Source: Albugo candida (lineage: Eukaryota). Taken from it: a DNA stretch of 64,000 nucleotides. Positions within the stretch are counted from its first letter, which is position 1; each line of letters starts with the position of its first letter. The position numbers were made by a program, and so were the translations under genes. Positions 11,434-29,771 of the stretch are shown one piece after another. The notes beneath the pieces are model-generated. The model did not search any database and was not told where the DNA came from. It was given only the letters and a program-made list of their open reading frames with translations. Where the stretch lies: contig JBDOQK010000018.1 of the NCBI GenBank assembly GCA_040437565.1, forward strand, positions 186,001-250,000, given 5' to 3'.

Positions 11434-14400
11434 CTAGCTCCAGTCCGGTGCGGATTGCCCTTGATATCCATAATTGAAATAAAGCTCTTTCCCTACCGCA
11501 ATGTCTTCCCTCGCAAATATGGCAATGTGATGTTCTCCTCCCACTCGTAATACTTTAGCTGTGCAATTTTGACCCACATTGCCGTGATTGATAAATTTGC
11601 TTTTGTTTCCCCGGCGAACAGCATCGATTACCGCATCCTCGTTCAAATTGAAGAGAAAGCTCATTGTGATTTTATCGTATACTGATCCTCTTCGCTCCGC
11701 TTCTTCCTGTGAGATCATAGCACCGATATACTCGCAAATAAATTCTCCACGCCGGATGGGCTCTAAAGCGAATGCACCCCAGCCGTGCGTATTGGAGAAG
11801 CCGACACCGATCTTTTTTCCAACACCGAGTTGCAAATTGACATTGGAGCATGTATTTTTGCCCGGTGAGGCTCGTTTTGTCTGTTTTTGTCCTGGCATTA
11901 CAAGAATTGGGACTTCAGTTGCTCCACAGGTAAAGCATAAGTCTGGCAGACACTCGCGTGCTGCAGCAAAACAAGGACATGCCTTAGTTCGACAGTTCCC
12001 AAAAGAACAACGACATCCTTGAAACCTGCACACAGGACGTGTTGTGGTCAATATTTTAAGCTTGCATACAGAACAAAAACAATACCTGTTCGGGCAATCT
12101 TTCGAGCAGGAGCATGCCTTCTCGCAAGTATGACCTCTATTGAGACATGAACAATTTTCAACCGTGCACAATCCGCTGTGTTCACACGGCTCATATTCAA
12201 GTTCTTGTTCAGTTCGAAGGGTGCGTCCCCTTAACAACGAATCTCGATGGAAACCAACAGCAACGCGATGATTATACCGACGCTTCCCTCGAGATTTGTA
12301 TCGCGTGATACTTAATGTACTGCCTTCATCCAATTGCGTTTTTTTCTGTTTTCTTTTGTCCGATTCGAAAAAAGTCGAGACTTGATTACACCGCATTGAA
12401 CGTAAAATTCTAGCAACGATACATGGATTATCCCCAAAAACACTCCGGATCTTATCCAAAAGCAAGTGCTGTGTCGGAGTGCATATCGATGCGGACTGAA
12501 AGTGATCATGATTGAACAACTTTCGATACTTAATCTGACTTCTCTCAATTTTTCTGAAACAAAACGGACCACAATCTTCATCGCAAGTCATCATATTGTA
12601 ATCCTGTCGAAAAATTGATAGACAAGGAAAATCTACGTATTCGCTGTGTTGCAATTCAAATTCTTGCTTTCTTGCTTCTGAAGATGTTGCTAGATGGGTC
12701 TTGCCTGATTGGCAAAGCTCCTGTTGGAGTAAATGGTTTGTTGCCAGCGTATTGACGCGAGTGTGTGTGCGATACGATCTTCGCGCGACTGCACTCGATA
12801 TGCATTCTGCGCGTTTAAATAAACCAACTTCTTCGTTACGTAGACGGCAAGATTTGCTTGACCGGAGTTTCCTTCCTGTGTGCTCCTTGGCAAGATCCCC
12901 TACGGAGGAACTCAAGCCGTCATTTTCTATATCATGAGACAACCTCGTTTTTGGATAATACGGGTCATTTCGCTTGGAAGGCAGGGGGTGTTGAATCCCA
13001 TGGACCGAACAATCATACTTGTAGCACATGCGGCAAAAGAGGTCTCTGAACGACTCTGAACGTTCGGCAGTCACCTTTGTGCCATGCAGCATCGTGTTTT
13101 TCATTGGGGATCCAATGTGATTATATATATAGGTAGATGGTCGACTTGCTGCCAGTCTTCTAGAAAGCATAGTGTGGTTGTTGTCTCTGTTCCCTCCAAG
13201 AAAGCCATTTTTGGGGTACGTTCGATTGTTTGGTACCGTTCCCTCTTTGACTGTCTTGCTTCGTATTGAACTCCACTCTTGTAATGCGTGTACTTTGGTC
13301 TTGGTATCAGTCCATCCAAACTGTTTCTCCAATAAATTGAGCACTATACTAGACGAACCCCACTTTTGAACCATCGTTTGAAAGAGAAATCCGTGTACCT
13401 CGTCATCGATGCTACTTATTGTGTTGATTGAGTTGCTTCTTACAGATTGATATTGTGCGACATCAATGGCATCACCAGGATCGTGGTCACCAAAGTACGG
13501 CAGATATCGTAATACCGGATCATCTTCTTCACGAAAGTTGGCTTTCAACCCAACCCAAACAGTTGAATTGCAAAAAGGCGGGATACAGATGAGCTCGATT
13601 AAGGATGCAGGGACAATTTTCTCGCTAGTTCCTTGCTCTTCTAAAAATGAGTTGTATTTTATGTTTCGGTTTGCGCTCTTTGACCTCACTCCGAGTTTGT
13701 TTTCCAGCTCTCGTGCACCTTGATGAGACACGATTTCAAATTCGACATTCTTAACCTTGATTCCTCGTGGATGCAGAGGCGCTACCACAGAAAATAAACA
13801 AAATCACCCCGTTGTATCTAAGTAGGGAAAAGCTTCTCCAGTGAAACCAAAGACTTACAGGTTAAATTTGCCATGTGAGCAAGCTGCTTGCTTTGAACTC
13901 TTGATAAATAGATTCGAGTGTTTTTTCGATTAGCATTCACAATCGAGAAAGCTTTTTTCTTGCGACCTTCCTGCAGTTTTGAAGTCATTGAACTCACAAA
14001 AGCCCGAATAGTATCCCCGCACTCGGTTCCGCTCAATGTTGATTGAGAATGCAGCGTTTCATTGTTCTTTTTGAAGGAGGGTGCTGCAGCAGACTCCATC
14101 GTGCGTGAGATATCGGCAACTGCAAAGTGTCAACTTGGGTTAGCCACAATCCTTTTTACTATCACGTATGATACTCACAGTAGCTAAGAGGTTGTTCGAC
14201 TAGATTGCAGAACGCCTGATGCACACGAAATATGTTTGTCGGGCCCTGTAAGTTAAAGATCCTGCGCCATGATGTCCCGTGCGCGAATTTACGAGCGGAT
14301 TCTTTCGCTTCTTTTGCTTTGATAGAGTCGTTTCTACTTTCGGCTGGTGCATCGCATTTTGACTTGTGCTGGTGCGTAATGTTATTACTATCGCATTTTG

Positions 14401-14716
14401 ACGCTATACAATGAAATCGTCTCCTTTTCCTGTTCTTTTCCATCACAGCCTTTCTGGTGTTCCTTGATAACCGATCATTCCGCAAGTTTTCTAATTTTCG
14501 CTTATTCGCCTTATTCGGCTTACTACTAATCTCAACTTTGTCTTCAGGAAGGTACAATACTGATGTAACAGCCGAACGTTCAAGACGGGGTTCAGCCGAC
14601 TCCAACCTTTTTAGTTTGCTTGGTGCTAGTTTTGCTTTCTTCTTTGCCCATGTACCGCTCTCAGCTTCTGTATCCATAATTGTACCACACTTGTTCGCCA
14701 TTATTGTATCAATCAT
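11434..14716 (-). CDS. EZH2: Enhancer of zeste-like H3K27 methyltransferase (PRC2 catalytic subunit)
   Basis: EDDPVLRYLPYFGD, FCRMCYKYDCSVHG, SANT-like, CXC and SET domains (GWGAF..EYIG..EAERRG.VYD..SFLFNLN..NH..ELYFNY). Introns 14178-14120, 13858-13782 and 12085-12026 join three ORFs in frame. The true start may lie further upstream. Confidence 0.95.
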
Positions 14717-15910
14717 ACCGGTCGATTTTCCTGAATAATTACTCTCAGCGAAGAGTATAGAATCTGAAAAACATACATAAGACAAGCATCAATTGTGTTC
14801 TCAGGTGTTCAAATTCTACATTTCTTCTACCTGACTTTACTGTAGCGAAACCCTTACAGTGATGATGAGAGGCATCTACATAGCAAAAGGGTTAGTTGAT
14901 CCGTGCCCATAATCCTATAGAATCGGATAAACTAATCGCTACCTGGCTTGTCAGATTTTCCATTCCGAAACTCTAAACTATAAGTACCACTCATATTATA
15001 ATTTTACAGCATGTAGCCTGCACTACTTGATATATATCGTTTTCTTATTTGATGTAATCACAGGTAACTCAGTTCTGTATCAAGAGTATAGCTCTGATCT
15101 GCTTTCTATCTTCCCGTATCGACCCTATGTTACTTCTTTCAGATAGTCGTTGGAATTGTATAGAGATCAACAAAGATCGCGTAAGGGTGGATGCCTAGTA
15201 GTGGGATGGATAGGGAGAGAATTATGTGTATTCGAAGAGAGTATGACAGTTTTTACTCAGGATTAAGACCCAGACCACCGATGTCTGCCGTAATTAGCTA
15301 CATTAAGGCGCTTTATGTGTGATTGGGTGTGCTTTGAAACATATGCTATATGAATGTAAAGATGAAGCAGGGAAATAATCGTCTCTAGTTGCGTGTAGTA
15401 TTCAACTAAAGCAAGACAACCTGAAAGATGCATGAGAATCAGCAACCTCTGTATCCCTCAGTTACGTTCTAAATGCTTCTGCTTCGTTGCACTGTGTGCT
15501 CAAAAGTAGCATCGAAAAAAGTTGCTTCTCTAAAGTTTGATTTCTGACAATAAGAATCAAGTCCGTACAATAATCGCCTCAAACGTGACAATTATATGAT
15601 TTCTGGCTATGTTATAATTACAAGGCTTCAATCTCGCAGAGCCTGTGTATGTGTCGTCCTGTCTTCTTAGATGCGGCTAACACTAAATATTAGAACGCCG
15701 TCCAGAAGATCCAACCCAAATGCGCATAAGTTAATGACATTTCGCATGGGAGTATAATGTTAAGAATACAAGAATTGGGTTCCCCAATTTCAAGTCGATA
15801 ACTTACTAGATTGCTTCTTCTGAAGTTTTACTTGAACGGAAAACATCTTCTGTTGTTACTGTTGCAAGTGTTCTCCTGCAGTCATCTCCGTCGATAGAAT
15901 AGTTCTATCG

Positions 15911-18900
15911 TCACAGCTCAAAGTTGGTTATCTATGCACGTATTAAATAGGTATGGGAACAAAGATCAACAGACCTTGCGATAGCATCATCAGGTCTTCT
16001 GACTGAGAAAAGACGTTGGCATTTTCGATAATCCTCATTACAAACTGGCACATGTGCGTGCGCCTGCTGGCAGAGGTATTCTTCGCTACGACATCGAAGA
16101 AAATCTCTACTGTTGTAAAGATACCGAAGCAGTTCGTAGCAACGTCAGGACCACAGCAAAACTTTGTCACCGTGTCCACTCTAATCGTGGGAATGTCTCT
16201 CATTCTCATTCTATAATATGTAATGCAACCTCAATAGGCGATACAGCTAGCACTAACACTCATGCAGAAAGAGTTCCGATATCAAAAAAATCAGAAATCA
16301 CGCTTTTGACTTTTACATCTTTCAGTAAATGGTCAACTTGGGCAAATAATTAACGTTGATTTCAAAACAGAAAAAAGCACGTTTAAGCCCTACGGTCATT
16401 AATTCCGTATCCGTAGACTCATTGTTTGTGACTTGAGATTTCCATTTTTTCTGGTAATGGTGCAGAGCAAAGCTTGCATTCAGCAATATTTGCTACATCC
16501 TTCAATGGTCAAGTCTCCTCGATGAGTTGCATTAAAGACTCACTTATGAGCACATCCATCAGCCAAAAAAACTGCCCTTATGATTATTCTTCTCGCTGAT
16601 AATGATAGGCTTCTCGATTTCTCAGTATATTTATTCCTTAACCGTGAGAAGTGTCAAGATCTTTGTACACCTCTCTTGTATGAGCACTGGTAAGAAAAGT
16701 TTTCGGTGCATAAGTGCACTGTACAAAACAGCATATATCCTGTGATAATGCAAGCTGGATAATTCTAAAAACAGAAGTAAAAACGAGATAGTATCTTCAG
16801 ATTGAGTAGGATCGGGCAGCCTGCCGCCAGCACACATTAGTGTATCAGCCCCAAATCATCAAAGTAGCCTTTCAGCGCAGAAATTCTCCAATTTTGGAGT
16901 AAAAGTACTGCTATTTAGAATTTCTGGTGGCTAAAGGTAATTTAGATAGTGGCTAACATAACAATCAGGAGCTCACCCTCCAAGCAACTGCCAATTTTAT
17001 GCAACCCCTCAGAATGAAATAAAGGCAGCAGAATAACTGGGACGGCGATATCCATGCATCAAAACCCGTAAATGATGTATAAAGTTAGTCACTATACCAT
17101 GTTAGCCCTACAACAAAAACTTACGGCCTAAAGCTAACACGCTAACACTTGACAGGAGATCTACAGTGTTCGTTGAACTTGATAATCTCGCGAATTGATG
17201 AGAAGTGATGCTTTCATAAATAAATTCTTCTTCATAATGATAGATCACTAGACCATGAGATCATCACTCTCGGATGAAGTTAGCGGATGGTTTTGCACCA
17301 TATCCGGTGTCATCATATTCGGATGCGTTTCATTAGCTCTTTCTGCACGAAAGCAGTCAAGTGAAACATTTGATCCTCTCGTCGTCACTTCCAGGTTATG
17401 CTCGGGATACGCGCTGACAAGCTTTTTATAGGCCAAACGCATACTAATCAGCGCGTCTTCTCTTTTAGCATCCCGTGATCCTCGCTAAATTGGGCAAATA
17501 CGAGCTTGTTAAGCGTATGATTGTGAAAGTATAGTTATCATACCTCACTTAATACGCGGATAACATTTTCGGTGCTTTGGATGGATATAAGCAGTGCCTC
17601 GGAAAATGACGCAGCATCGATGTCATTCAGTTCTACTTGGCTCCAATTGAGAAATATATTTACATAGACGCCATGCACAATCATTTCATCGGCCACTTCC
17701 GGGTATTGATATCTGAAAGAATCGACCGCCAGAAAATGATCTGGATTCCAAAGAGGCCAAACACTCGCTGCAGATGCTGTTCGGACCTTGGCTATTTCGC
17801 CCTGTAAACAATCTCTCAGACGCTCACGCATACTTTGGGTCCAAACAAGAGTTGGTGTCACAATGCGATCAGAATCGCGTAGCTTGTGGAGAAAAACTTG
17901 GTGATCTTTTCTGAGAATCTACAAGTACACAAAACAGACCACTAAACACACATTCTGTAAATGATACGGGATATAAAGTAAAGCATCGGATTACCTTGAC
18001 CAAGCAGGGAGTCAATAGCTGATTCAGCACCATGCTGATAGATGACTCCGTTTCATCTTCCTCCAATATTCGCTTTAGTCCTAATGCTAGTGCTTCTAAA
18101 ATATCGATCATGATTGAGCTTTCTGAGTCTGATTCGGACGTTCGCGTGACGGGGTGTTCGATCTCACTTCCAATCGTATTATCATTCGAAGGCTGACAGA
18201 ACGCGCAAGTGTCTACTAAAATCACAAGACCACCTGCTTTCACGATTTCCGATCTTAACTTTGAATAATGACAGAGCTCGCTGAGCTTCCTGCATATATA
18301 CAATAACGAAGATGACAAATTGGACTGGATAAAAGTTCTTGTCGTAAATCTCAATACTACTGTGATCGCATGAGTATTCTCTTCCAGTATGTAGGAGGAA
18401 GTAGGTGATACCATGGTTGTAAGCAGTATGTCAAAAGTATGACAGAGAAGCATTCGGATGGTATTGCTCTCTCCTGCCTCCAAAACTTTTTTCGCCGATA
18501 ATCGAAGAAGGTTTTGGTATGCGGGGGATGTCATACGCTCTAAAGCTTGGCCGAGTACAAAAAAACCTTCCTTCTCCATGTAGTCTCTGCATATCTGCTG
18601 ATTTGTACGATTCAACTCATCGTGTGGGCCATGACTGAATGAGCTCAGTAGTAGTCTGAAAATTTCCAGCGATGTTAGCCCGCGCATTTGATCGCTGTAC
18701 GCCAGAAGACTTCGTTGAAAAGGAAGCGACAATAACTCACAATGTCCCTCAGTAATACTGATATTCATGCATGAAGTCTTCAGAAGCTTGAGGATCGCTC
18801 GTTCAATCAGAACTTGTTCTTCCCAAGGTTGCATGTATGATCCAGATGATGTTAGATCACTGGACGGGCCAGCAAGAGACTTTGGACTCGACAATTCAGC

Positions 18901-21860
18901 AAGACGATCAAAAAGCGCCACTATCAAATCACAATATCTCTCAGTGTCCCACTTGGTCAACATGCGTCCGTCTTCTTCCAGGAACGACCGTACAAAGACT
19001 TCGCCAATGTAAATATCTCTACAAGTCTCCTCAGCTTGTTTCGCTAGCGTAGACTGATCAATCTCGGAAATTGACTTAAAAGGAGAGTATCTTCCTTTAA
19101 GATAATTGAAGAAGAGTACACGAAACTTTTTGCCCCACTTAACATCCGCTGCACGGGTATCTTCAGCATTGAAAATATCCATAAAGTCTCTCGGAGAGCT
19201 ACACATGAGAAGTTGTGCCATTCCGCATCCGTGGTATCCAACTGCAGAATGAAGAAGATCTCGAAAGGCAGATTCTTGGGGTGCGTTGTCGATGTCACAG
19301 TGAGATAATGCGTTCGTCATGATTCGTCCCAGCTCCACATGATTCTCCTTCAAAAATTCTGCGCTCATCAGGCACATTCCTGCACCTTTTGGATCACAAG
19401 AAGCGATCAGTAAATATACGAGAGTTGTCGGCTTCCACTTGACATCGCAATCACTACAGTAGCCAACCAAAGCTTGGCGCTCCTCTGGTTGATCCTTATG
19501 CGTTCGCACGAGTGTCAGCTGTCTTAAAATTGTTAGGATTCGTGTGACTGTAACACGATCAAGTGTTTCCAGAGCAAGCAAACGACTGAGAGAGTCTCTT
19601 TTGGGTCGTATAAGATGTAGTGCATACTTTGCACGGCGTATAATACTCAGAAGAACAGAGATCCCTGCCCGAACCAGCCCATCGCAGTCATTGTGCACCA
19701 CTACATCCTTATCCTCCTCCAAATCTGATTGAAGCATCGTATCCCAGTAACGTTGTTCTTCTACAGTCGTATCATCAAAAGCTCTATGATCGCCGCTTAG
19801 CCTTCGAAAGATATTGGGGGAAGATAACACATTCAATACTGCCAAGGTGATCGAGGTCGTTGAGCGATTCAGTGCTTCTGAGGGTGCGTTCCGTGTAGTC
19901 ATAAATGCGGTATTAAGCAGCATAAGACACTCTCGTACAAACCGTAGAGGCTGATTTTCATGATCACCAAGTAAATTTAAAATCAGTCGCATCGGTAATT
20001 GACCATGAAATACCATTGCGTGCCTTTTAATCAAAAGCCGTAAGCAACGCACACAATCCAGTCTCCATTGTTCCTTCTGTTCGACTGAAAGGCGGTCTAT
20101 TAAGTGCCACGCAAGAACCAAAGGCTCAGCAACTTCGTACGAACTCATCATATCGGCGATCTCTGGGATCAAGTACTGTATGAAGAATCCATTTACTACA
20201 AGTTCTTTCTGCATAGAGACGTAATCGACATAAAACAATTCGTGTTCCCATCGTATCACACTTGCAGCATTAGTCAACAAAATGTGTCTCCGTTTTGCTT
20301 CAAAAACTTCAGTCTCACTTTCTAGAGCTTTGTACAGCTCTACCCGCATCTCTTGGTGCCAAACTAAATCAGGCCTTTCATGTTCGTCGCAAACTGCTTG
20401 CAAAATCTCTTTCCAGTTCTCGCCGTGTAATCGAGCATTTTGTAACCATCTTGTGAATGAATTTGCTCCACAAGGTAATTTGTTGTTGCTTACGCTACAT
20501 CGTTCAGTAGCTGAGTAATCGCACTCTAAGCGGGCATTATTCGATAATGAGTACGCGGTCTGCCGTGACACCAGATCGTAGCGATTTTCAATCGGTATGA
20601 ATAGCTCAACTGGAATGATTCGACACATTGCTGACTTGGAACGGGTATTACCCGCACAAAACATTTCCACTAGTTCCATAAGTTTGGTATTGCAAACTGG
20701 CTCATTTGGTATATCCGATGCACCCGGATTACTCGAACGTTCTTGTTTATCGCTTCCCTTTTGTAATTCCCAACATTAATTTTCAACCGATCAACAAGAA
20801 ACGAACTATCATCAGCAATCGACTTACTTGTCCAGTTCGTCGAGAATGCAAAGCACCGTGTAGAGCATATAATAAGGCACCGTATTCTCGCGCAGCCTCT
20901 TGTAGCTCCTGAACTTGATGTAGATCGAGAAGAAAGAATAGCTCATACACTAGATCAATCGCTCTTTCCTGCACTAGCTGGTTGGAATGATGACAAAATT
21001 CCAATATAACAACTCTTGAATTAAGTAGTGCTCCAACCGCGCGCAAGATTGTCAACCAATCGGAACTTTCTCGACGTGGGACCAACATGACGTAAAAAAG
21101 CATCAAAATATCTACCAAGATATCAAAATGTCTTCCATCATCACTGTCGAGTTCCGGGATGGCAAATTGCACCGTCAAAGCAGTCAGAGTTTCGAATCCT
21201 CCACATTCACCAAAAAGTCGTCGTGCACCAGTTTGATACTTATTCATCACATCTACCCCATCAGGTGGAGCTAGCATCGTCATCAATATGTCCAGCAACC
21301 TTCTACAAAGGTGTTCTGATGGCCAAGACTACTTTGCAATCGAATTAGATTTCGTCAAATACTAATTCTACGCATGACTACCAGGCACTTTAATAGTGGT
21401 TGGAACGACGATCGGCAACTCAATCGATAGAGCTCTCTCCAGAACAAGAGTCTGTGGTATACCGCCAGTATTGACTCCATCTAACCAAATAAGAAAACTC
21501 TTATAAGCACACAGAATTATCATTTCAAGCTATCAAACAAACCAATTCTTGATCTGCAGATTGAAAGGATCCTTCAGCCTCCCGAGAAAGCAGTGTATAC
21601 ACCTTATCGTACAATCGGCGATCTTTGATATCCACATGCGCTTCTGCAGCATGCTACATTAATCATCAATACAGTAAGAAGTAGATATGTCCGAATATGC
21701 AGAGTTGGATTACCTCGCGTGGAAAGATTTGGCAAAAATTGCGCATTGCTTGTATGATGTTCTCCTTCTTGTCGGCTTTATCAGTACATGTGTGAGGAAT
21801 TTTGATCGATATGATAGTGTTTATTGCATTTCGTTGTTCAGAAGAGCCAGTCTGACCCAT
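15911..21860 (-). CDS. RME-8/DNAJC13/GRV2-like ARM-repeat protein, divergent; both ends approximate
   Basis: IWN-like repeats EHERPDLVWHQEMRVEL..ALESE..WEHELFYVDY..KELVV, FNAEDTRAADVKW and TPTLVWTQSMRERL..FRYQY..DEMIVHGVYV. Collinear minus-strand exons. Confidence 0.75.
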
Positions 21861-22038
21861 TCTACATATCAATATCCCCGATGCGATGTGAAGTAGCCTT
21901 CCAATGCAAAAAGATCACAGAAAATCAACAGTTCTTTTTATGCGTCGATAGCGCCTTTTGTAAGTTTACACCAATTAAAATAGAGATATGTGCCTACCAT
22001 GACTTCGATTCGCACAATCTTTTTCTGTTGTAATTGCA

Positions 22039-24588
22039 ATGAATCGGCAGACACTAGCTGAAGCCACCAGTCTGCATGATGGATCTGTTCCATCATATCT
22101 TCTGGAGGAGATCGCAAGTATGCACAATTGATTATGAACCTGTCGTCAATTTCGTGCTGACTTTGCCGCAGATCAGACAAAAATTAGTGTGCGAGATGCC
22201 GAAAAAATTGCCGATTATCTAGTAGGACGCGCAACAAAGACAAATCACAATGTAAAGTATAAGGCTTTACAAGTAATACAGGTCTGGTGTAGAATCTACT
22301 CTTAGAAATGAACGCTCTGTATCGTTTCATCGGATATAGCATTGCATTCGCGAAGGTCATCAGGCTTTTTCAGAAGCAATTCGTGACGAGCGACAGGAGT
22401 TGGAAGTTATCAGTCGTAAATATACTATCCGCTTGACTGAATAGGAATAAAAGTGTAATTCCACTCAACTTTTTAGACAGCAGTGGTTCTCGGGAAGCGG
22501 CTACTAAGAACGAAAAAGCTCGCCAAATTTGTCGTCTGGTCGAGGTACATTGTGTCCTTCAGTTTGTGGGTATCATATACTTCATTTTTATATTTAGGGT
22601 ATATTGTATGCACTTGATGATGAAGTAGCCAGAGAACCAACTGCACCAGTGGCGTACCAGGACATGAAGCACAAATCGAGAGGACTCATCCAACAAAATC
22701 TGATTGAACTACAAGGAGCCGAATTTCCTAACCCACCAAAAACAACACCAATGGAGCATCAGAATGCATGGTCCACACCAGTATTACAGCAGCGGAATCA
22801 TGACACATCTGGAGGTTCATGTGGTAGTACTCTGCTACCATCTCGCCACTCGAACAATTCTGTTTCTTTTCTAAATGCAAAGTCTTATCCAAACACGACC
22901 ACGCAAGAACCAAGTACAAGTTCTGGAAGATACACTTATTCCAATCGTGAATTTTATAACGAACGTGCACCGTCATCGGCTCCATCCGGTTATAATGTGC
23001 CTCAGTTTTCAGAAAATAAATCATGGTCGTCTGTAACGTCTTCCACACCGCAATATACGGCTGGTACGTGGAATAGTAGTGGTTTTAAGAAGAAGGAATT
23101 GGATTATTCTCAAGCTCCAAGATCCTCTCGAGAAAATAGACCAACTGTGTTAATTGGGCACAAACTAAATGTTGCCAAGCCGGTGGAGAACAACTTGCCA
23201 AGACCATATACTTTACCACCACCACCTGCTCCTGGAAATGCTGATGGCCGCGCGCGTCAATTTCCTACATACATGGAAAATACCGATAGACTCAAGAGCG
23301 CTGAGTTTGCTGGTCCTCCTCCTAGAAGTTGGGATCATGACCGCTATCAATATGATAGCAAGACTCATGCTATCCACTCGAATTCAGGAGGTTTCAACAG
23401 CTCAACCCAACACAATATGGTAGTTAATGACGACAGAGTCTCTTCCAAGCTCAACAAAACGGTGGAAGGATTAGTCAAGATGAGTCTGGAAGCACGTGAG
23501 AAATGGGACTGTCGTAATATTGACAAGTCAATGGCTACTTCTCTCGCTGATCACGATGAGCTTAGTTCCATGACGCATCCAATCGACCGTGGGTACTACC
23601 AACAATCTGGACCGATGCATACTTCTGTCCAATCCGACATAGCTGGGTACACGAGAAAGCTCATTTCACTTCTCAGCCTACTAACGTCATGTACGAGCAG
23701 GCAATATGAACGTGGCCTTATCGATAGTTTATGTGTCTCGACCGGCCTAGCTCGCGCTCCACCCACCGAAGAGCTCGCCCGCTTTGTTGAGTTGGCACAA
23801 AATCTTGAAGTGGATACTATAGGCGATATTATTCTAGACAAGCTTGAAGACTCTATATGGCAGGTACATACTCACTTCTGATTGTCTTCACCGCACACAG
23901 TGCTATTTCTTTGTTGTGCAGGTTCGCCTCAAGGCATTGTACGTTATATCAGCCTTATTCGAAGCTCCAGCTTGTACAGCTTATATTGAATGGTTTGAAG
24001 AAAACTCGGACGTAATTGAAGCTGTAAGTATCCCCAATTCGTACTTGGATATAACTGTACTTTTAGGTGGTGACATTTGCTCTCGATACTATAGCTCATG
24101 AATGACGAAAAACCTCCTGTGGTCTCAAAAGCACTTCAAATATTGAAATTTCTCGGTCTTGCGGAAGAGCTCGAGCACACAAAGCGGGCTTTATCTGGTC
24201 GTACATCAACCTTAAAAAACAAAGCAAGCACTCGATGCGGAAATGCGACTCCAGTTGCGTCACACATATCAAAATCCACGGCGGCAGAAGCAGATTTATT
24301 AGGTTTTGATTCCTCGCCCGTCGCACCACGTAAAGCTCCATTGCAAAACGATTTGTCCGCGATAATGGGGCAGCCAGACACATCCAATCGAAATATCTCG
24401 GTACGCAAACTGTAATTTTCTCAGATAAATTTTAAGCTTATTGTGCTGCACAAAGCTTTTGGATGAATTCCTTCCACAAAGTCAGCAAGAACCGTATTTG
24501 CCTCAAGCAGGAGACCATCGATTTCCTACAAGCAATGTACAGTACAACGGAATCCAACAAAAAGAGCCATGTCAAAACCAAGCAGTCG
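22039..24588 (+). CDS. TEPSIN: Tepsin-like AP-4 accessory protein (ENTH plus VHS-like); 3' end falls in a gap
   Basis: Spliced N-terminus MNRQTLAEATSLHDGSVPSYLLEEIA..EKIADYLVGR..NVKYKALQVI..HCIREG, then a low-complexity linker, a second helical domain YERGLIDSLC..G.ARAPP.EEL..WQVRLKAL, and a DLLGF motif. Confidence 0.82.
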
Positions 24589-24718
24589 NNNNNNNNNNNN
24601 NNNNNNNNNNNNNNNNNNNNNNNNNNNNNNNNNNNNNNNNNNNNNNNNNNNNNNNNNNNNNNNNNNNNNNNNNNNNNNNNNNNNNNNNAGATCAATCAAT
24701 ACACCTGAATTTGGGTAG

Positions 24719-29425
<4,707 letters not shown>

Positions 29426-29708
29426 CTATGAATCGGAGTCAAGTCTAAAGATTTTCCTTTGCGGTGTGATTGCGTCGCGCTTTTCTGGACGGCAGTATTT
29501 GATTGAATGCTTGTGATCTGTAAAGGCAACCAAGCAAATGATTTTATCGAGATGCATGAAAAGTATCCAAATTTTGTATNNNNNNNNNNNNNNNNNNNNN
29601 NNNNNNNNNNNNNNNNNNNNNNNNNNNNNNNNNNNNNNNNNNNNNNNNNNNNNNNNNNNNNNNNNNNNNNNNNNNNNNNCCAAATTTTGTATAGAATTTT
29701 GTATAAAT

Positions 29709-29725
29709 CCAATGATTGGCAAAAA
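29709..29725 (+). promoter_or_regulatory. Paired CCAAT elements (CCAATgATTGGCAAAAA) upstream of USP5
   Basis: Inverted CCAAT pair about 50 nt before ATG 29772. Confidence 0.4.
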
Positions 29726-29771
29726 AGCTGCGGTGGCGTGAATTTCTTGGAAATTGTTTTGTAGCTCTTCG

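Noticed and set aside
21938-22180. 80-aa minus-strand ORF as first exon of the RME-8-like gene
   Set aside because: It is antisense to the first exon of tepsin, which carries the conserved ENTH-like sequence.
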